In this document: in pieces, positions 62,059 to 64,000 of the stretch | Numbering within the stretch: the stretch's first letter is position 1 | How the letters are laid out: each line of letters begins with the position of its first letter | DNA from: Octopus sinensis | Lineage: Eukaryota | Direction of reading: 5' to 3' | Length of the DNA: 64,000 nt | NCBI RefSeq assembly: GCF_006345805.1 | Contig: NC_043007.1 | Span: forward strand, 17,732,001-17,796,000 | Program-made: the position numbers and the translations under genes | Notes under the pieces: model-generated | Databases searched by the model: none | The model's input: the letters and a program-made list of their open reading frames with translations, nothing else | What the model was told of the DNA's origin: nothing

Positions 62059-63094
62059 AGTCATGCTTTTGTCTTTTCATTGTATTCTATTCCTTAGTCA
62101 AAGTATAAACAAAATCTGTTATGCTATTTATTTTCTCAGACAACTTCAATAGTTGTTTTTAGGCGAAGGTGTGACTGTGTGGTAAGTAGCTTGCTTACCA
62201 ACCACATGGTTTCGGGTTCAGTCCCACTGCGTGGCACCTTGGGCAAGTGTCTTCTACTATAGCCTCGGGCTGAGCAAAGCCTTGTGAGTGGATTTGGTAG
62301 ATGGAAACTGAAAGAAGCCCATCGTATATAATATGTATATATGTGTCTGTGTTTGTCCCCCACCCCCCACATCACTTGACAACTGCTGCTGGTGCGTTTA
62401 CGTCTCTGTAACTTAGCGGTTCGGTAAACGAGACCGATAGAATAAGTACTAGGCTTTCAAAGAATAAATCCTTGGGGACGATTTTCTCGACTAAAGGCAC
62501 TGCTCCAGCATGGCCACAATCCATGTAAAAGATGAAAGACAAAAGATAAGATTAATTGTGTAAGCAGTGAATACAATTTTTAGAGTATTGGGGTACAGAG
62601 TGCTCAAATCTATATATTCTGAAGTTGCTGCTGCTACTACTACTAGATGAAATTAGCACACTGAATGTGTTTTTCTAAAGAACAATTGAACTTGTTTGTT
62701 ATGGTGGGTAGTAAGGATGGTAGGGTTGGTAGGTGGGTTTGGTCAGTACACTGTGTAAGTATAATGTAGCATTGCAGGTGAAGGTTGGACGAAAGCCAAA
62801 GAAAGAGCAAAAGGTGTTAATATTTTATGATGTGTAGGGTTGGAATGGTGGGTTTATGGATTACAATACATTTATTAACCTGATTTTTCATTTTTATTAT
62901 CGACACCATTTATCTAAGTTACCATACCAGTCTTTTAATTTATGCATTTATCAAACATTGTTTTATTGATGTGACTGTTTACTTTCTTTTTTTTCCACTA
63001 TTTTTGTGTAGTAACTTCCAAGTGTTTGCACCATCTAGTAGGTCTATATTCATACCAAATACCAATAGAACCAGTTTGTCAAACAGCACAACAG
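13550..63094 (+). CDS. MAPKBP1: MAPKBP1/WDR62 orthologue (WD40 JNK-binding scaffold), partial multi-exon gene; 19 exons in window, 5' and 3' ends not seen
   Basis: Spliced translation matches recalled MAPKBP1/WDR62 blocks in order: [156 protein letters not shown] sites and phases checked by hand. Confidence 0.96.
15759..16122 (+). mobile_element. family A CORE-type SINE
   Basis: Head GGAGTGACTGTGTGGTAAG, core ACCTTGGGCAAGTG, tail ACTGAAACAAGTAAAAG. Confidence 0.88.
16876..18164. mobile_element. 1.29-kb non-autonomous TIR element of the same GGATC group, perfect 8-bp TSD CTCCTGCC
   Basis: Perfect 24-bp TIRs (16876-16899, 18141-18164); TSD at 16868-16875 and 18165-18172; inserted in a CCGCCAGTCCGTCTG-type minisatellite. 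Confidence 0.88.
17162..17689. repeat. zero-spacer long palindrome (arms about 286 and 242 bp)
   Basis: Centre GGCCGATTCATCGTAATT|ACGATGAATCGGCC region, axis between 17447 and 17448; arms match by eye apart from the microsatellite length. Confidence 0.92.
18622..19020 (-). mobile_element. family A CORE-type SINE
   Basis: Same motifs, reverse complement. Confidence 0.85.
19040..19310 (+). mobile_element. RTE 3' UTR fragment (family C)
   Basis: Reverse complement of the 9000-9340 segment; ends CCATGCCAGCATGGAAAGCGGACGCTAAATGA. Confidence 0.85.
19505..19725 (+). mobile_element. degenerate family B SINE
   Basis: GGTGGCGAGTTGGCAGAATCATTAGC head, GAGTTCAAATCC box. Confidence 0.7.
19778..19938 (+). 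CDS. MAPKBP1: exon ([44 protein letters not shown]...), phase 0-2
   Basis: ctttcag|GCG, AG|gtaatt; 161 nt; FIGCANG and LPKPHPLG motifs. Confidence 0.95.
19971..20367 (-). mobile_element. family A SINE, young-looking subfamily
   Basis: Shares diagnostic positions with 30531-30993; about 33 nt downstream of the exon donor at 19938. Confidence 0.88.
20636..20875 (+). mobile_element. family B SINE, circularly permuted (tail-unit-tail)
   Basis: Begins with the tail segment, then GGTATTTTGTCTG unit and the tail again. Confidence 0.8.
21971..22183 (-). mobile_element. family B SINE variant
   Basis: GGTAAAGTCGACCTCGACAGAATTTGAACTC...CTAACGTTTCTGCCAGTTCGCC. Confidence 0.8.
22247..22319 (+). CDS. 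MAPKBP1: exon ([24 protein letters not shown]), phase 2-0
   Basis: tttcag|C, AAG|gtaaga; 73 nt; [10 protein letters not shown] resembles the YPDTIALTFD motif. Confidence 0.92.
22640..23101 (+). mobile_element. CR1/L2-clade LINE 3' relic
   Basis: [26 protein letters not shown] resembles the LSHRRNVSSLCLFYRY motif; tail CCTGAGCACTGTATACAATAATTTC(ATT)n, also seen near 54020-54056. Confidence 0.7.
23530..23820 (-). mobile_element. RTE LINE ORF2 C-terminal relic
   Basis: [19 protein letters not shown], then frameshifted [10 protein letters not shown] and EGKINGK..RG*PR. Confidence 0.8.
24297..24545 (-). mobile_element. RTE 3' UTR fragment (family C), followed by a related tail to ~24780; both lie within a split family A SINE (24125-24270, 24785-24965)
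   Basis: End motifs as above. Confidence 0.75.
25507..25727 (+). mobile_element. piggyBac-like MITE, TTAA TSD
   Basis: TTAA|CCCTTTCGTTACC ... GGTAATGAAAGGG|TTAA; 221 bp. Confidence 0.88.
26385..26600 (+). mobile_element. RTE reverse transcriptase relic
   Basis: [31 protein letters not shown] resembles the EVDKYVYLG..EIKRRI..GW segment; stops present. Confidence 0.55.
27008..27121 (+). CDS. MAPKBP1: exon ([38 protein letters not shown]), phase 0-0
   Basis: atttcag|ATA, GAG|gtaaga; 114 nt. Confidence 0.96.
27925..28482 (-). mobile_element. RTE 3' UTR fragment (family C) with tandem units
   Basis: (CAT)n tail, repeated GTGCCACCGGCAC units. Confidence 0.85.
28768..28917 (+). CDS. MAPKBP1: exon (IYPAAEK...[19 protein letters not shown]...RRNIYSH), phase 0-0
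   Basis: tgttcag|ATA, CAT|gtaaat; 150 nt. Confidence 0.95.
30130..30292 (+). mobile_element. family B SINE 3' portion
   Basis: CCTTTCATCATTTCGGGGTCGATAAATTAAGTACC; tail ends GAAATAGGTATT. Confidence 0.8.
30409..30475 (+). CDS. MAPKBP1: exon ([22 protein letters not shown]), phase 0-1
   Basis: tatttcag|GAA, G|gtaagt; 67 nt; expected position after RNIYS. Confidence 0.88.
30531..30993 (-). mobile_element. family A SINE, young-looking subfamily
   Basis: Full length; about 55 nt downstream of the donor at 30475. Confidence 0.88.
31430..31770 (+). mobile_element. RTE 3' UTR fragment (family C)
   Basis: GAGTGGTTGGCGTTAGGAAG motif; CCCATGCTAGCATG..GTTAAA(TGA)n end. Confidence 0.82.
33618..33810. 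repeat. degenerate ~20-bp minisatellite (TTCTGTGATTATTTAACTCA)
   Basis: About 8 diverged units visible. Confidence 0.75.
33943..34053 (+). CDS. MAPKBP1: exon (..[28 protein letters not shown]); 5' part out of frame by 1 nt as assembled (alternative start 33966)
   Basis: Strong polypyrimidine acceptor ending 33942, donor AG|gtatag at 34053; conserved frame has TGA at 33953 and 33962; see findings. Confidence 0.85.
35035..35267 (-). mobile_element. family B SINE, full length
   Basis: Reverse complement of 4885-5102 with intact head GGCGGCTAGCTGGCAGAAACG. Confidence 0.88.
36539..36630 (+). CDS. MAPKBP1: exon ([30 protein letters not shown]), phase 2-1
   Basis: tatttcag|G, G|gtaaga; 92 nt. Confidence 0.95.
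37054..37250 (+). CDS. MAPKBP1: exon ([18 protein letters not shown]...[13 protein letters not shown]), phase 1-0
   Basis: tttccag|AA, TTG|gtaagt; 197 nt. Confidence 0.97.
37545..37663 (+). CDS. MAPKBP1: exon ([40 protein letters not shown]), phase 0-2
   Basis: ttctccag|CAT, AG|gtaagc; 119 nt. Confidence 0.96.
39352..39571 (-). mobile_element. piggyBac-like MITE, copy 2 (inverted relative to 25507)
   Basis: TTTA|CCCTTTCATTAC ... GGTAACGAAAGGG|TTAA; co-linear with copy 1, roughly 85-90% identical by eye. Confidence 0.85.
39647..39898 (+). CDS. MAPKBP1: exon (IYNIKSAK...[16 protein letters not shown]...LISVSGD), phase 2-2
   Basis: ttttcag|G, GG|gtaaga; 252 nt. Confidence 0.97.
40670..40903 (-). 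mobile_element. family B SINE
   Basis: Same motifs. Confidence 0.8.
42205..42418 (+). mobile_element. mariner-derived MITE (irritans-like)
   Basis: TIRs AAGGGGTGCCTAAAAGTTCCTAGCTTT / AAAGCCAGGATCTTTTCAGCACCCCTT; internal [17 protein letters not shown] resembles a transposase C-terminus. Confidence 0.82.
42466..42850 (+). mobile_element. family A CORE-type SINE
   Basis: Full length, same motifs. Confidence 0.86.
43594..43710 (+). CDS. MAPKBP1: exon ([23 protein letters not shown]...PLQ), phase 2-2; end of WD40 region
   Basis: cttttcag|T, AG|gtaact; 117 nt. Confidence 0.95.
44755..44990 (-). mobile_element. RTE 3' UTR fragment (family C)
   Basis: End motifs as above. Confidence 0.8.
45599..45869 (+). 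CDS. MAPKBP1: exon (SLLNPVTP...[15 protein letters not shown]), phase 2-0
   Basis: atttccag|A, AAG|gtaagt; 271 nt open and phase-compatible. Confidence 0.88.
47666..47737. repeat. near-perfect 72-nt hairpin (29-bp stem, 14-nt loop)
   Basis: GTTTGAAAATGGAGAGATTCAATGGATAT / ATATCCATTGAATTTCTCCATTTTCAAAC; one G-T wobble. Confidence 0.85.
48101..48242 (+). CDS. MAPKBP1: exon (TDNQGV...[13 protein letters not shown]...EMK), phase 0-1
   Basis: ttctttag|ACT, G|gtaaga; 142 nt; RGRWAQ resembles the vertebrate RGRWVQ motif. Confidence 0.9.
49431..49516 (+). CDS. MAPKBP1: exon ([24 protein letters not shown][VDSQ]), phase 1-0; two in-frame donors (49504 or 49516)
   Basis: tttttgacag|GA; CAG|gtagat and CAG|gtgaaa 12 nt apart. 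Confidence 0.8.
50790..50982 (+). mobile_element. Penelope-like terminal repeat in (TA)n with degenerate minimal hammerhead motif
   Basis: CTGTAGA-A-GAGC(ATAG)GCTC-GAAACGTA at 50858-50885; 3' part is the reverse complement of 5697-5770. Confidence 0.65.
51126..51330 (-). mobile_element. mariner-derived MITE, copy 2 (inverted relative to 42205)
   Basis: TIRs GAAGTGGGTGCTGAAAGGCTCATGGCTTT / AAAACCAGGAACTTTTCAACACCTCTTCG; same internal sequence. Confidence 0.8.
54313..54792 (-). mobile_element. RTE 3' UTR fragment (family C) with tandem units
   Basis: Co-linear with 7152-7625. Confidence 0.85.
55210..55305 (+). CDS. MAPKBP1: candidate cassette exon ([32 protein letters not shown]), phase 0-0
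   Basis: tttgttttgcacag|TTG acceptor, consensus AGG|gtaagt donor; 96 nt open; no homology recognised. Confidence 0.6.
57050..57565 (+). mobile_element. Hero-like (R2 group, restriction-like endonuclease) non-LTR retrotransposon 3' relic
   Basis: From 57053: [61 protein letters not shown]../[17 protein letters not shown]; PD..E(L/P)TVPWE..KY..IEV pattern of REL domains. Confidence 0.8.
57585..57770 (+). pseudogene. mariner 3' relic with right TIR
   Basis: [35 protein letters not shown] (stop 57693-57695); TIR AACTTTCCGGACAACCTAAT at 57751-57770. Confidence 0.88.
58617..58697 (+). CDS. MAPKBP1: exon ([27 protein letters not shown]), phase 0-0
   Basis: long pyrimidine tract, tctctcag|AAC, GTG|gtaacc; 81 nt; acidic. 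Confidence 0.78.
59050..59225 (+). CDS. MAPKBP1: exon (KTIESKS...[22 protein letters not shown]), phase 0-2
   Basis: attgcag|AAA, AG|gtgaga; 176 nt; DVIYMP resembles the vertebrate GIVYPEP segment. Confidence 0.85.
59885..60075 (+). mobile_element. Tigger/pogo-like MITE fragment
   Basis: TA|CAGTAATCCCTCGACTATCG start; right TIR truncated. Confidence 0.55.
60533..60670 (+). mobile_element. third tRNA/CORE-like SINE head (similar copy at ~54150-54300)
   Basis: TGGCCTAGTGA A box, GGTTTCAATTCC B box, GTGTTCTTGAGCAAAA core. Confidence 0.6.
60765..61165 (-). mobile_element. RTE 3' UTR fragment (family C)
   Basis: End motifs; tandem units. Confidence 0.82.
61183..61248. repeat. perfect 66-bp palindrome with (AT)n centre
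   Basis: ATGTGTAGGTCTATTTGAAGCT-(AT)11-AGCTTCAAATAGACCTACACAT. Confidence 0.9.
61345..61686 (+). mobile_element. RTE 3' UTR fragment (family C), inverted relative to 60765
   Basis: Ends CCCATGCTAGCATGGAAAGCGGACGTTAAACGA(TGA)n. Confidence 0.85.
62160..62550 (+). mobile_element. family A CORE-type SINE
   Basis: Full length, same motifs. Confidence 0.86.
63012..63094 (+). CDS. MAPKBP1: exon ([28 protein letters not shown]), phase 2-1
   Basis: tttttgtgtag|T, G|gtgagt; 83 nt; SNFQV resembles recalled SEFQV of vertebrate MAPKBP1. Confidence 0.8.
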
Positions 63095-64000
63095 GTGAGT
63101 AAATTGCATTATGTTTTCCAGGTATCACATATTTTACAAATTTCCTCTGACTTATCCATTTATTTAATTTATTTTTGTCATACATTCACAAATGGTTTTT
63201 CCATCTTGACTCTCATGCCCTCTTCATCCACATGTAACTTCTATTTCGCCATAGCACTAGACATCGCTATCATAACACCTCTGTTGATTAATGAAGACAA
63301 CTCCATTTCTGTCGGTTTTTCAGAGCCTACTGTATTACTTCTTAGATATTTCTCTCTATCATGGTCAGTTTATTGTGGTCATAAGTCAATAGTGGAACAG
63401 AGGGTTCAATGAGAAGTCTGTTAGTGATTGCAAGAACCCATGTTAGGTCCAGATTCTGAATCTCAATAAGGCCAAGTTGATTTTCAAACTCTTCTCCATA
63501 TCACAACGAGCCATGTGTCTTGTGTTCATCTCCAGTTTTATTCTAATGTTAATTGGATGAGGTCAAAGGTGTAAATTTGACATCTCTGGATAGGACACTG
63601 GACTATCTCTGTTGATTTACCTCATAGAAAAAAATTGAACTTGACACTAAACTAACAAATTATTCTACAGTTATTCTTTTTGCTCTGTGGTAACTATTTT
63701 CAGTTGAATGAACTCTGCCCTTTTATGGATAAGGGTCTTGTATGGACTCAGCATGGTGCCAAGAAGAGAATTCAATTAGCAATTTGTATTCTGTTAGCTG
63801 GCCATTTGCTACCCTATCTGCTCAACCATCTTTCACTTTCTGCCAAGCAATTTAGATCCAAATTATTTCTTCTGCTTCATTTATTTAAACAAAACATAAA
63901 TTTTTTTGTAAACTATGAATCCTTCATTTTTATTTATATATTTGTCTGATTCATCTTTCTTTCCAACTTTTTGTCTGTCTGTGTTATGTGTCTACCTTTG

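Noticed and set aside
63026-63412. 128-aa ORF and the overlapping minus ORF 62979-63185
   Set aside because: They overlap the real exon 63012-63094 in other frames or strand and have no recognisable homology. A faint RTE endonuclease-like RNGVVF at about 63300 (minus) is too weak to call.

Overview
AT-rich eukaryotic genomic DNA. The repeat content points to an octopus/coleoid cephalopod (inference). The window holds the middle of one + strand multi-exon gene, the MAPKBP1/WDR62 (JNK-binding WD40 scaffold) orthologue. I traced 19 exons by hand from 13550 to 63094 (about 845-860 codons), all with GT-AG boundaries. Splice phases are continuous except at the exon at 33943-34053, which needs a 1-nt insertion or a weak downstream acceptor. 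The N- and C-terminal exons were not found and probably lie outside the window. The introns are dense with mobile-element relics: tRNA-derived SINEs of several families, RTE LINE 3' ends, mariner, piggyBac-like and Merlin-like non-autonomous elements, Helentron-like repeats, Penelope-like ends with minimal hammerhead motifs, a Hero-like REL retrotransposon fragment, and microsatellites. The most notable structures are: a GGATC-ended TIR family with 8-bp TSDs, one copy carrying a ~530-bp zero-spacer palindrome; two hammerhead-like motifs; a candidate cassette exon; in-frame tandem donors; and several intronic hairpins. Nearly all ORFs in the supplied track are spurious (microsatellite or repeat derived). 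Family assignments come from recalled motifs, not database searches.
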